Of a stretch of DNA of 64,000 nucleotides, positions 10,160 to 20,485 are shown piece by piece. The notes beneath the pieces are model-generated. The model was given only the letters and a program-made list of their open reading frames with translations, was not told where the DNA came from and ran no database searches. The stretch's first letter is position 1; every line of letters starts with the position of its first letter. This DNA is from an uncultured Chloroflexia bacterium. GTDB taxonomy: Bacteria; Chloroflexota; Anaerolineae; JAAYZQ01. A program made the position numbers and the translations under genes. The stretch is taken from positions 864,001-928,000 of the forward strand of contig CAVOXA010000001.1 of the NCBI GenBank assembly GCA_963700285.1. The letters are read 5' to 3'.

Positions 10160-13100
10160 ATGGGGGAGGCCGTGAGCTTGGAAAAACCTGGCCACCGGAC
10201 AGCACCATTCATGTCGCGGATCGAAGAGGACGAGACCCTGGAGCGCATTCGCTTCCGGGGTGATCCGGTGGCAAACCCAGAGAACGTTGTCTCGATGGGG
10301 AGGGCGCGGTTCACGATCCTCACGTCCCGGCTGCTCAGGCTCGAGTGGTCAGGGGCTGGTCTATGGGAGGACCGCGCTACCTTTGCCTTCCCGATCCGAA
10401 ACGGACCAGCCCATGCCTACGAGACGTGGCTGGAAGGCGACGTGCTGGTCGTTGACACCGGCGCGCTGCAGCTCCGCTACCGGCCAGACGGCCCGTTCAG
10501 TGACGGGAACCTGTCAATCTCTTTCGATCTTGAGGGCGCACCCCGGTCCCGGATCTGGAGACCGGGGTGCGCCAACCCTTCAAACCTGAGGGGCACCCGG
10601 CGCACGCTGGACGAGTGCCCGGGTGATGCAGCCCTGGGTGAGGGCCTGCTCTCGCGCGCCGGGTGGGTGCTATTCGACGACAGCCGCTCGGTGACTTTTG
10701 ATACCGTCGATGGCTGGCCCGCGCCCCGCCCTGAGCACGAACTCCAGGACTGGTACTTTTTCGGCTATGGCCACGACTACCAGGGCGCCCTGGCCGAGTA
10801 CCAGCAGTTCGGGGGCCCAATCCCCCTGATCCCCCGCTACGTTCTGGGGGCTTGGTGGTCGCGCTACTGGGCCTACAGTGACCAAGACCTCAAGGACCTG
10901 GTGCAGGACTTTTGCGGGCACGATCTGCCGCTGGACGTGCTGGTCGTGGACATGGATTGGCATACCCCGCACTCCTGGACCGGGTACACCTGGAACCGCG
11001 ACCTGTTTCCCGATCCGCCCGCCTTCCTTCGCTGGGTACACGACCAGGGCTTGCTAGTCACGCTCAACCTGCACCCGGCCCAGGGGGTGCAGCCCTTTGA
11101 AGAGGTCTATCCCCGCTTTGCTGAGGCCATGGGCCTTGACCCGGACAGCGGGGAAGCCATCCCCTTCCGCATCACCGATAAGCGCTTTGTCAAGCACTAC
11201 CTTGAACTGCTGCACCGACCGCTGGAAAGAGATGGCGTAGACTTTTGGTGGATGGACTGGCAGCAAGGAGAAGCGTCAGAGATGGAGGGGCTCGACCCGC
11301 TGACGTGGCTCAACCACATCCATTTCCAGGATTCGACGCGGCGCGGCAGGCGGCCTATGCTCTACAGCCGCTGGGGCGGGTTGGGCAACCACCGCTATCC
11401 TATTGGTTTCTCAGGGGATACCTATGTAACCTGGCAGGCCCTGCAGTTCCAGCCCTTTATGACCGCTGCGGCATCAAATGTGGCCTATGGCTGGTGGAGC
11501 CACGACGTCGGCGGCCACATGGGCGGCGCCACCGAACCAGAACTGTATGCTCGCTGGGTGCAGTTCGGTGCCCTGAGCCCCTGCCTGCGCCTGCACGCAA
11601 CCAAGGACGCGCTTGCCGAGCGACGGCCCTGGAAGTATCCCCATGAGGTCTATGAGGCGGCCAGGGTAGCGTTTCATCTGCGCTACCGGCTGGTCCCATA
11701 CCTGTACACGATGGCTCGCGCGGCGCATGATACGGGCATTTCGCTCTGCCGTCCCATGTATTACGAGTACCCCGAGGAGATGGCCGCCTACGCTGCCCGC
11801 TACCAGTACTTCCTCGGAGACCAGATGATTGCCGCTCCCCTGGTCTTTCCGGCTGACGCTGAGACGGGCATGGCCGCTACCGATGTATGGATACCCAAGG
11901 GATTGTGGATCGATTACCAAAGCAAAGAGACCCATGCCGGACCGCGCTGGGTGCGCTTCGTCGGCGATCTAAGCCGCATACCCATGCTGGTAAAGGCCGG
12001 AGCGATCCTGCCCCTGGCACCTGCCGCGCCTACTGCGGACAGTGTCTCCTACGAACCCTTGATTCTCTCTGTGTTTCCCGGGTCTGGCGGAGCCTTTCGC
12101 CTGTACCAGGACGACGGCCTGACCGATGCCTACAGAACTGGACAACATGAATGGACCGCGATCCGGACGAGGATGGAGGGCGAGAGTGGTTGGGTTGTGG
12201 AGATTGATCCCGTGGAGGGCTGCTGTGAAGCGTTGTCGCCCCAGCGGAGCTACGAGATCCGGCTCGAGGCCAGTCGCCACCCGATGTCCGTGACTGTGGA
12301 TGGGCAGGAAACCCAGGATTGGGACTATGAAGCCAACACCCTCACTACAACAATCCGTGTGCCAGCCCGTGACAAGCAACAACCTGTGGTAGTTGCCGCC
12401 ATGGCCGCGGCTGGGGTTTCGGTCCTGGGCGAGGTTCACAACCAAGAGCTGATCCGTCGCGATGTCCAGCGCTTGCTTGGTGATCGGTGCCCTCAGGATG
12501 CGTCAGATGCCGAGGCCATTATGGGTGTTGAGAGCCCCGGCCGGCGGGATGCCATCGCGCGCCTGGGCGGACCCTTTGTGCGTTTTGTCGAGTTCCTCAT
12601 GCCAGAGGAGGCGTCTCAGCAGTTGGGGCGGGTCATCATCGGCTCGCCAGCTGCTTCGAACCAGCCGTACGCCGCCGAGATAGCTTTCGCTCTGTTTCGT
12701 AGCGGCGACATCCAGAACTATGGCATCTCGATAGAACGGGCTGTTGACTCCCAGATCGTAGATACGCCATTCGGGCATGATGGAAAACTACGATCCTCCT
12801 GTTGGCAAGCGGAGGTGAGACTCTCCTGGCACGGTGAGACGCTTACCTATTCCTACCAGAGCAGTTCGCTGTTCCCAACCATCTATGCGTGGCGGGTGTT
12901 GGTCTACAATCAAGACGAGCAATCTCTCCTGCTCGATGAGGTCCTGGAAGATGAGAGGGATCAGAATCACGCCCTCGATTGGCGATCCTATTGCCAGGAT
13001 GATGGCTCTCCGCCGGCGAACTTGACCGATGGCTACACTCTCGATCTAGCCGGGGAACACGCGGGCCGCCTGGCGGCTGGCGAGCCCCTGGCGGCTTATC

Positions 13101-13414
13101 TGGCAACGACCATCTCTAGCCCTGACGAGCGAGAGGCTGTTTTTCTGGTCTGGGCGGAATGCAGGACAGACTGGTTCCTCAACGGACAGAGGATCCAGAT
13201 ACTGCCTGAGGAGCAGGAAACGGCCATGCCTCCCTTCTACCGCCCAACACGCAAGAGCGCTGTGTTGTACTTGCGCGAGGGCGCGAACTCGCTGGTGGCG
13301 GCCTCCCTGCCTTCAGAGTCGATCCGTGCCTCTACCGGACTGCCCTATTGGCGCTTTGGCGGAGCGTTTGTGGCGCCGGACGGCCGGGTGATGTCCGATC
13401 TAGGGTTCGGATAG
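10160..13414 (+). CDS. glycoside hydrolase family 31 protein with DUF5110-like and additional C-terminal domains
   Basis: GAWWSRYW, LPLDVLVVDMDWH, DFWWMDWQQG, RYPIGFSGD, WWSHDVGGH, ELYARWVQFG. Confidence 0.9.
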   Translation: MGEAVSLEKPGHRTAPFMSRIEEDETLERIRFRGDPVANPENVVSMGRARFTILTSRLLRLEWSGAGLWEDRATFAFPIRNGPAHAYETWLEGDVLVVDTGALQLRYRPDGPFSDGNLSISFDLEGAPRSRIWRPGCANPSNLRGTRRTLDECPGDAALGEGLLSRAGWVLFDDSRSVTFDTVDGWPAPRPEHELQDWYFFGYGHDYQGALAEYQQFGGPIPLIPRYVLGAWWSRYWAYSDQDLKDLVQDFCGHDLPLDVLVVDMDWHTPHSWTGYTWNRDLFPDPPAFLRWVHDQGLLVTLNLHPAQGVQPFEEVYPRFAEAMGLDPDSGEAIPFRITDKRFVKHYLELLHRPLERDGVDFWWMDWQQGEASEMEGLDPLTWLNHIHFQDSTRRGRRPMLYSRWGGLGNHRYPIGFSGDTYVTWQALQFQPFMTAAASNVAYGWWSHDVGGHMGGATEPELYARWVQFGALSPCLRLHATKDALAERRPWKYPHEVYEAARVAFHLRYRLVPYLYTMARAAHDTGISLCRPMYYEYPEEMAAYAARYQYFLGDQMIAAPLVFPADAETGMAATDVWIPKGLWIDYQSKETHAGPRWVRFVGDLSRIPMLVKAGAILPLAPAAPTADSVSYEPLILSVFPGSGGAFRLYQDDGLTDAYRTGQHEWTAIRTRMEGESGWVVEIDPVEGCCEALSPQRSYEIRLEASRHPMSVTVDGQETQDWDYEANTLTTTIRVPARDKQQPVVVAAMAAAGVSVLGEVHNQELIRRDVQRLLGDRCPQDASDAEAIMGVESPGRRDAIARLGGPFVRFVEFLMPEEASQQLGRVIIGSPAASNQPYAAEIAFALFRSGDIQNYGISIERAVDSQIVDTPFGHDGKLRSSCWQAEVRLSWHGETLTYSYQSSSLFPTIYAWRVLVYNQDEQSLLLDEVLEDERDQNHALDWRSYCQDDGSPPANLTDGYTLDLAGEHAGRLAAGEPLAAYLATTISSPDEREAVFLVWAECRTDWFLNGQRIQILPEEQETAMPPFYRPTRKSAVLYLREGANSLVAASLPSESIRASTGLPYWRFGGAFVAPDGRVMSDLGFG

Positions 13415-13463
13415 GCCGCATCTGATGTTTGCTGGTTTGTCCCTTCTGGCGTAGAATAAGCCT

Positions 13464-14516
13464 ATGGATGCTGAGATGGCTTGGTGGCCCTTCGCTGCCG
13501 TTTTCAGCGTAGCCCTGGTCTTGGCTTTGGCCGGTACGCCGTTGGCTGGCGCCCTCGGGCGTCGTTGGGGATTGGTGGACAAACCGGGCCCCCGCAGGTG
13601 GCATATGGGTTCCATCCCTAGAACGGGCGGCATTGCGCTCTTTGTTGCTTTCTTTGCTGCTGCTTTGTTGGCCCAATGGCTGCCGGTACCCCGCCAGGAC
13701 CCCAATGAGCTGACTCGCTTTCTGGGTATTGCCATCGGGTGTATATTCGTCTTTGTCTTTGGCCTAGTCGATGATCGGCTTGAGCTGCGCGCGACCCCCC
13801 AGTACATAGCGCAGGCGCTCGCGGCCTTTATCGCCATCGCCTTCATGGTATTCATTGAACGGGTGATGAACCCCTTCACGAACAGTATCTTGGTCTTTCC
13901 CTTTGCCTTTGTCATTACCCTTACCGTGGTCTGGATCATGGGCATGATCAACACCATCAACTTTATGGATGGCCTTGACGGTTTGGCAGGAGGTATCGGA
14001 GCCATCGTGAGCGCAGTGCTGGCTGCCCACATGCTGCGTGAGGGGCAGCTCAGTGTGGCACTGCTGCCTCTGGCTCTGTTGGGCGCAACCCTGGGATTTC
14101 TCCCATTCAACTTTTACCCGGCCCGCGTATTCATGGGAAGTTCGGGCTCGTGGGTACTGGGCTACGCCATCGCTACGCTGGGGATCGCTGCCGGAGCCAA
14201 GCTGGCGACAGTGTTGCTGGTGTTGAGCATCCCCATTGTGGATGTGGCCTGGTTGATCATCAGCCGCTTTCGAGCCGGGCAGTCAATCGGCCAGGCGGAC
14301 CGCCGCCATTTGCACTACCGCCTGCTCGATCTGGGGCTGAGCCAGCGCCAGGTAGTGCTGCTCTACTATGGCTATTGCATCGCCCTGGGCGGAGCTGCGT
14401 TGCTGATCCAATCCCGGATGCTCAAGCTGGTCACATTGGTGGTTCTGGCTGTGGCAACAGTGGCTTTTCTGGCCTGGTTGGCACGGCGTCCCCCGCGTAC
14501 AGAAGGCCTTTCCTGA
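13464..14516 (+). CDS. MraY-family undecaprenyl-phosphate GlcNAc-1-phosphate transferase (WecA/TagO-like)
   Basis: GLVDD, NTINFMDGLDGLA, FNFYPARVFMG, ADRRHLHYRL; multiple TM helices. Confidence 0.9.
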   Translation: MDAEMAWWPFAAVFSVALVLALAGTPLAGALGRRWGLVDKPGPRRWHMGSIPRTGGIALFVAFFAAALLAQWLPVPRQDPNELTRFLGIAIGCIFVFVFGLVDDRLELRATPQYIAQALAAFIAIAFMVFIERVMNPFTNSILVFPFAFVITLTVVWIMGMINTINFMDGLDGLAGGIGAIVSAVLAAHMLREGQLSVALLPLALLGATLGFLPFNFYPARVFMGSSGSWVLGYAIATLGIAAGAKLATVLLVLSIPIVDVAWLIISRFRAGQSIGQADRRHLHYRLLDLGLSQRQVVLLYYGYCIALGGAALLIQSRMLKLVTLVVLAVATVAFLAWLARRPPRTEGLS

Positions 14517-14546
14517 TAGCTGTGCTGTGTCGGTGAGGACACTTAC

Positions 14547-14575
14547 TTGACCGAACATCTCTTTGCGGTTAAAAT
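14547..14575 (+). promoter_or_regulatory. sigma70 promoter with a possible overlapping LexA (Cheo-type) box
   Basis: TTGACC-17 nt-TAAAAT; CGAACATCTCTTTG at 14552-14565, one mismatch from GAAC-N4-GTTY. Confidence 0.5.
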
Positions 14576-14602
14576 CGGGGCAATCCAACGGGAGCATACC
14601 AT

Positions 14603-15454
14603 TTGATGACGGACGTACCGAACGCAACAGATTTGGTCCAACGAGGGCAGGCGGCTGCGCGTGTTGGCCTTCGAGACAAAGCTCGCGAGTATCTGCGCGA
14701 AGCGGTTCAGCTCGAGCCGGACAATGTCCAGGCCTGGCTTGATCTAGCTGGCGTCGAGAACGAGCCTGCAGCAAAGGGGCAGTGCTTTGAAACTGCCCTT
14801 CGTCTGGACCCAGACAACGTGGATGCGCGGCTGGGCCTGGAGCTGCTACAGCCCGATCTGGTCTCTGAAGTTGCCGCTGAACCGATCCATGAGCACGAAT
14901 TGGATACAGTGATGGCAGACGCCTCGCGTCAGCTCGATGAGGCCGTCGGCCCGCCGCCAGACGGCGAGCTTCCTCTTGATGATGAGGTACTGTACTGCGC
15001 CAACCACCCCAGCGTCGAGACGGTATTGCGCTGCAACCGCTGTGGAAAACCGATCTGTACCCGCTGTGCAGTGCAGACACCGGTGGGCTATCGCTGCAAA
15101 CAGTGCGTCGGCCAGCAACAGGCAGTGTACTTTACCGGGGGCGTGGCCGATTATGCCATTGGGGGCGTGCTTGCCCTGGTGCTGGGCGGAATTGCCAGCT
15201 ATATTGTCACAGTCATAGGCGCCTGGTTCATTGCCCTCATCCTTGGGCCAACCATGGGCATAGGCATCGCAGAGCTGGTACGTCTGGCAGTCCGGCGTCG
15301 CCGGAGCCAGTATCTGTGGCTGTCTGTGGCCACGGGGATTGTGGTGGGCTCCCTTCCGGCCCTTGTGATTAGCTTTGGATCCCTGTGGCGAATGATCGCC
15401 TACGGCCTGTTTCTGGTGCTGGCCATAGGCGCCGCTACGGCGCGCCTGCGCTAG
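14603..15454 (+). CDS. TPR / B-box-type zinc finger / membrane protein
   Basis: N-terminal TPRs (AVQLEPDNVQAWL, ALRLDPDNVDAR); CANHP...CNRCGKPICTRC...GYRCKQC; four C-terminal TM helices. Confidence 0.8.
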   Translation: MMTDVPNATDLVQRGQAAARVGLRDKAREYLREAVQLEPDNVQAWLDLAGVENEPAAKGQCFETALRLDPDNVDARLGLELLQPDLVSEVAAEPIHEHELDTVMADASRQLDEAVGPPPDGELPLDDEVLYCANHPSVETVLRCNRCGKPICTRCAVQTPVGYRCKQCVGQQQAVYFTGGVADYAIGGVLALVLGGIASYIVTVIGAWFIALILGPTMGIGIAELVRLAVRRRRSQYLWLSVATGIVVGSLPALVISFGSLWRMIAYGLFLVLAIGAATARLR

Positions 15455-15524
15455 CCTCCCGTACTGCAGCCAACCGGCGTGCGCAACCTGCAATCCAAAG
15501 CAAGCGCTGTGAGATGAGGTCTCT

Positions 15525-17320
15525 GTGTTATCCGAACTGACCATCCAAAACCTTGCCATCATCGAACGGGTCCACCTTCAGTTTGAGCCTGGCTTTAACG
15601 TACTGACCGGAGAGACAGGCGCTGGAAAATCGATCATCATTGACGCCGTAAGCCTGCTATTAGGCGGCCGTGGCGGGACCGACTTTGTCCGGTCGGGCGC
15701 CGACCGGGCTATCATCGAAGGGGTTTTTGGCTTGGACACCGAGACCAGTGCAAGTCTGACCCCGCTTCTCGAGCAGGAGGGCCTGGAAGGCGATGATCCA
15801 GCCCTGCTGGTGCTGGCCCGCGAGATCCGTCGCGGGGGGCGCAGCGTCTGTCGCGTCAATGGGCGTGCGGTAGCGCTCCGGGTTCTGCAGGATTTTGGTC
15901 AACACCTGGTAGATATCCACGGTCAAACCGAGCATCTTTCGCTGATGCACGTGCGCGAGCATCTGGACTTGTTGGATCGACATGGAGGACTCTGGCCTTT
16001 GCGCGATCAGGTGGCCGCATTGGTGAGGGAGCTCTTGGCAGCTCGCCGTGAGTTGTCAGATCTCCGTCGTGATGAGCGGGAACTGGCCCGACGCGTAGAT
16101 CTGCTGCAATACCAGGTGAGTGAGATAGAGGCTGCGCACTTGGAGCCAGGGGAGGAAACCGCATTGGCCGAGGAACGAGGACGCTTGGCCAATGCGGAGC
16201 AGCTAAGAGAACTGGCTGATGAGGCCTACAACTCTGTGTATGAAGGCAGTGAGGATCAGCCGGCGGCGGTGGATCTACTTCAGGTGGTGGCGCGATCCCT
16301 GGCCGGCCTGGTCCGGTTGGATCCCTCAACCTCGTCTCTCGGTGAGGTAGCTGAGACCATCAGCTACCAACTGGAGGATCTGGCTGAATCGCTGAGGGAC
16401 TATCGCGATCAGATCGAGTTCAACCCCAAACGGTTGGACCAGGTTGAGGACCGCCTGGCTTTGCTCCACAGTCTCCAGCGCAAGTATGGCGATACCCTTG
16501 GCGAGGTGCTGGCTTATGCCGGTCGCGCCCGGATAGAGCTGGAGACCATCGAGCACAGCGAGGAACGAATCGCGATACTGGAAGGCGAGGAGGACCGGTT
16601 GCTGCGCGAGATTGGGGCTCTTGGTACGGTGCTTTCGCAGCGACGCCGGGAGGCCGGCGAGAACCTGGCGGCTGCCATAGAGGCCGAATTGACAGAATTG
16701 AGTATGGATGGTGCGCGCTTTGGCGTGAACCTTGCTTGGCGTGATGCTGATGATGGGGCGTACGCTGAGCAGCGCCGCGTGGCATTCGACCTTACGGGTT
16801 TGGATCGGGCCGAGTTTCTGGTAGCGGCCAACCTTGGCGAACCGCTCAAACCGCTGGTGCGTGTTGCTTCCGGTGGCGAGACGTCGCGATTGATGTTGGC
16901 CCTCAAGACGGTGCTAGCCCAAGCCGACCGTACTCCCACACTAATTTTCGACGAGATCGACGCCGGGATTGGAGGGCGCGTCGGCGCTGTGGTAGGTCAA
17001 AAGCTTTGGGGTCTTACATCTGGAGGGGAAGCGGTACTCGTCGCCATCAAGTGCTGTGCGTGACCCATCTGCCGCAACTGGCTGGTTACGGAGACCAGCA
17101 CCTTTACGTACACAAGCGCATCGTCGGCGACCGGACCGTGACGGAGGTGGAGCGCTTGCAAGACTCCGGGCGAGAGCGAGAGCTCGCCGGAATGCTAGGG
17201 ACCATCACGGAAAAGACTCAGGCCAGCGCGCGCGAAATGCTCATTGCAAGCCAGGAGGACAAGGATGGTAGAATCCGCGACCAGTTTCCAATGGCTTCTC
17301 CCGGCGTAGCTTCCAGTTGA
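15525..17320 (+). CDS. recN: DNA repair protein RecN (frameshift near 17040)
   Basis: LTGETGAGKSIIIDA, DIHGQTEH, ASGGETSR, LIFDEIDAGIGG; second frame QVLCVTHLPQLA. Confidence 0.93.
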
Positions 17321-17430
17321 CTGATATGACCCAGGCCAAACTTGGATCGAAAAGCTAGAACAGCCTTGCCTGTTCTCATTGCCTTGTACCATGCCTTTGG
17401 GCCGTATCCAACAAGCTGACTGCTGGAGGA

Positions 17431-18375
17431 ATGCACATGGACGGATGGTTGGAATCTCTGGTGCCGTGGGGTACTGGAATTATCGTCTGGGCTCAGTCGC
17501 TTGGCAATGACGGGCTTGATACCGTCTTTATGTTCTTCACCTTTCTGGGCTACGAAGAATTCTACCTCGTCATCTTGCCCCTGGTCTACTGGAGCATACA
17601 CAAAGAGGTCGGCATCAAGCTGGGCTTCATCTCGCTGTTCTCGGCCTGGCTCAACAGTGCGATCAAGTACCTGTTCGCGATCCCTCGCCCCTCGGATCCG
17701 CGGATTCGCGTTCCTCTGCCACAGTCAACCCCCTCCTTTCCCAGCGGCCACGCCCAGAATGCTGTGGTGAACTGGGGCTACCTAGCCTACCGCGCTGGTA
17801 GCCTGGTTTTTTGGCTGGTTGCCGTCATGATCATTCTTGGCATTAGCCTGTCGCGGGTGTTTCTGGGGGTCCACTACCCCCAGGATATCATCGGGGGCTG
17901 GCTCATTGGCCTGATCCTTCTCGTCATCTATGTCAAGGCCGAGCCTCCGGCGAGCCGCTGGCTGGGACGGCAGGCTATGGGTGTTCAACTCGTACTGGCC
18001 GTCCTTCTGCCGCTGGCTTTGATTCTTGTTCATCCAGCCGATACGTTGGGCTACTACCCGGCTGAGGCCGCGGTAACTCCCATGAGCGCTCTGTTTGGCT
18101 TGGGGGTGGGCATCGTCATGGAGCGGGCCTGGGTGCGCTTTCGGGTGGAGGGAGTGTGGTGGCGCCGCGTGATTCGCTACCTGGTGGGCCTTCTGGTGGT
18201 GGCAGTGTTCTATGTGGGACCAAAGCTGCTGCTTCCCGAGCAGTCGGGCTACGGATTGGAGACCCTAGCGCGTTTTGCGCGCTATGCACTTTTGGGTTGG
18301 GTGGTGGCTTTCCTGGCTCCCTGGATCTTTGTCCGGATGCGCCTGGCCGACCAGGTACCTGGATCGAATCCCTGA
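17431..18375 (+). CDS. PAP2 family phosphatase
   Basis: KYLFAIPRP, SFPSGHA, SRVFLGVHYPQDI. Confidence 0.9.
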   Translation: MHMDGWLESLVPWGTGIIVWAQSLGNDGLDTVFMFFTFLGYEEFYLVILPLVYWSIHKEVGIKLGFISLFSAWLNSAIKYLFAIPRPSDPRIRVPLPQSTPSFPSGHAQNAVVNWGYLAYRAGSLVFWLVAVMIILGISLSRVFLGVHYPQDIIGGWLIGLILLVIYVKAEPPASRWLGRQAMGVQLVLAVLLPLALILVHPADTLGYYPAEAAVTPMSALFGLGVGIVMERAWVRFRVEGVWWRRVIRYLVGLLVVAVFYVGPKLLLPEQSGYGLETLARFARYALLGWVVAFLAPWIFVRMRLADQVPGSNP

Positions 18376-18407
18376 GCGTCTGGTACGGTTGTTCGTCCCA
18401 GAGCAAG

Positions 18408-18436
18408 TTGACGGACTGGATTCCCTGTGCTATACT
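18408..18436 (+). promoter_or_regulatory. sigma70 promoter followed by a ~180-nt structured leader
   Basis: TTGACG-17 nt-TATACT. Confidence 0.6.
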
Positions 18437-18620
18437 CTAGTCCCAGAGTTCCCGATGAGAAACTCATGATGAGTCGGCGGTGCATGGGGATTGCCCGGTC
18501 CCCGGTGACTGCCTGGTTCGACCGCATAGCTAAATGCTAGTGCTGTGCCCTACCGCAACCGGTTTGGTCAAATACGATAGACTCGTGACAATGCTTAAAT
18601 ATCAATGGGGAGGACTACCT

Positions 18621-18950
18621 ATGTCGTCTGAGGTAAGGACAGCAATCCAGGCACTTCCGGCTGCCTTTCTGCCGGAAAAGGCTGGCAATGCCAAAGCCCT
18701 TTTTCAACTGGATCTAACCGGCGAGAGTGGAGGCAAATGGGTGTTGGATGTGGCTGATGGAGAGTGCAAGGTTCGGGAACAGGTGGCGGCAAATCCTGAC
18801 GTTATGGTGGCGATGGACGCGCTTGACTTTGTTGCCCTGTTCGACAATCAGTTGGACCCTGTGCAGGCCTTCATGGGGGGCAGGATCAAAGTCTCAGGCA
18901 ACCTGGGACTGGTCATGAAGTTTCTTTCTTGGTTCAATCGGGGATCATGA
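18621..18950 (+). CDS. SCP2 sterol/lipid-binding domain protein
   Basis: FQLDLTGESGGKW, LDPVQAFMGGRIKVSGNL; GGAGG SD. Confidence 0.88.
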   Translation: MSSEVRTAIQALPAAFLPEKAGNAKALFQLDLTGESGGKWVLDVADGECKVREQVAANPDVMVAMDALDFVALFDNQLDPVQAFMGGRIKVSGNLGLVMKFLSWFNRGS

Positions 18951-18959
18951 AATGGACCC

Positions 18960-19075
18960 AAAAACACCGAGAGCTAAGGGTGGCCCAGCCCTTAGCTCTC
19001 AATCAAAAAGGAGGAGAAGAAGAGATACTTTCTCGGCATGGCCCATAACGGATTATGAACCGTGCCAGTCTCTCG
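18960..19075 (-). ncRNA. candidate ~115-nt small RNA with CU-rich anti-SD region
   Basis: Extended -10 TGGTAAGAT (19090-19082); 5' hairpin GGCACGGTTCATAA-TCCG-TTATGGGCCATGCC; single-stranded TCTTCTTCTCCTCCTTTTT; terminator GAGAGCTAAGGG/CCCTTAGCTCTC followed by GGTGTTTTT. Confidence 0.65.
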
Positions 19076-19226
19076 AGTAGTATCTTACCATGAAGTACTG
19101 TATCGTGCTGGACGCAAGGCATACGATTGCCCTACGCTGACTATATGCCACGTTGCGAAGTTGATATAATTACGAGAAAATGGATGAATGTGAGAGGATT
19201 ATAGGCTAAGGAGAGGTAATGAAGCG

Positions 19227-19829
19227 ATGAATACATCCGACTCGATTGTAGACAAGCGTCTGGTCCGCAACCTGCGCTACAAGCTGACCTATGTCAAGAT
19301 ATTTGAAGGTTACATTGATGCGAATCCTGTCCCAGAGGTGGTGGCACTGCTAAGGTCTTTGATCGAGGCACAGCAATCAGCCATTGCGTCACTGTCAAGC
19401 TACCTGCGAGGTCTGGATGTCAACACGCAGGAACTTGATCTCAACGAGAGGCTCCTGGATCAAGCTTCTGAGCGCGAGAACCTCCAGGCCCGGTTGCGCT
19501 TTATCCACGATGGCTTGACCAGGGCCGCCTCGTGGTACAAGACGCAACTGATGGACAAAGAGATGACGGCAGACCCAGAGTTGCAAGATCTGCTCCTTGA
19601 ACTCGGTGAGAGCGAGGCAGCCAAGCTCTGGCGTACCGAGGCCGTCATGAGTGCTCTGAGGGTCGCACTTAAGCCTGAGGAGAAGGACTGGGAAGCGGCG
19701 TCCCAACCCGATCCCAAGCAGGACGAAGTTTGGCGCCCCAATCTGGTCGAGGACGTGGGGCGGCCGGCTTGGGGTGGTGGCCAGCGGAAACGCTGGCCCA
19801 GGCCATCTAGATACAGCGGCAAAGGCTGA
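19227..19829 (+). CDS. hypothetical protein, possible ferritin-like four-helix bundle
   Basis: Clean ORF with AAGGAG SD and TATAAT upstream; helical pattern in two repeats, charged C-terminal tail. Confidence 0.65.
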   Translation: MNTSDSIVDKRLVRNLRYKLTYVKIFEGYIDANPVPEVVALLRSLIEAQQSAIASLSSYLRGLDVNTQELDLNERLLDQASERENLQARLRFIHDGLTRAASWYKTQLMDKEMTADPELQDLLLELGESEAAKLWRTEAVMSALRVALKPEEKDWEAASQPDPKQDEVWRPNLVEDVGRPAWGGGQRKRWPRPSRYSGKG

Positions 19830-19912
19830 ATTTGGGGTAGGATGCAGTGGGATTCGTGCTGGCTGGCTGGTTCAGCCGGTGTCACCGCTGTAACAGATGC
19901 CAAGCTCCTCGG

Positions 19913-20485
19913 TCAAGACACCAAATCCAGAAAGCTTTTGAGTATGCGGGCTGTCGCCCCCCAGATCGTGTACGATCCATAGTTCCAAAAAAGCACGTTG
20001 TGCTGGCGCCCGCCATACTCTCGTTTCTCCGTGCGCAAGTGGGCAGGGTCATACAGGAAGGATAGGGGGACCTCGATAACCTGTGCAACCTCTTGCTGGC
20101 TGATGTCGTACGCATAGGGATGCGGGATGATACCGACAAAGGGCGTCACAACAAAGTTGGTGATCGTGGCAAAATCATCCAGCGCGCCCAAGATCTCCAC
20201 CATCTCGGATCGTATGCCAATCTCCTCATAGGTCTCACGCAGGGCGGTATTCAGGAGACCTGCGTCCTCTGGCTCGTAGGCGCCGCCAGGAAACGAGATC
20301 TGACCCTTGTGGTGTTCAACGGTCTGGGTGCGCTGTGTGACCAGCACGTGCCACTCGTTTTCCTTGAGCAGTAGGGGGACCAGGACGGCTGCGCAGGTTA
20401 GCTCGGGATCGACCACGGTATGGCGCTGACGTTGTGCCAGGACTGTGCAGATCTGTTGTTTGAGATTCGAACGATCAGGTATCAT
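19913..20485 (-). CDS. Nudix hydrolase, CoA pyrophosphatase family
   Basis: AAVLVPL, HKGQISFPGG, TALRETYEEIG, IWGATARIL. Confidence 0.92.
   Translation of the reverse strand: MIPDRSNLKQQICTVLAQRQRHTVVDPELTCAAVLVPLLLKENEWHVLVTQRTQTVEHHKGQISFPGGAYEPEDAGLLNTALRETYEEIGIRSEMVEILGALDDFATITNFVVTPFVGIIPHPYAYDISQQEVAQVIEVPLSFLYDPAHLRTEKREYGGRQHNVLFWNYGSYTIWGATARILKSFLDLVS

Noticed and set aside
19005-19025. Strong SD for a small plus-strand ORF
   Set aside because: No start codon at a usable spacing; better explained as the complement of the sRNA anti-SD tract.
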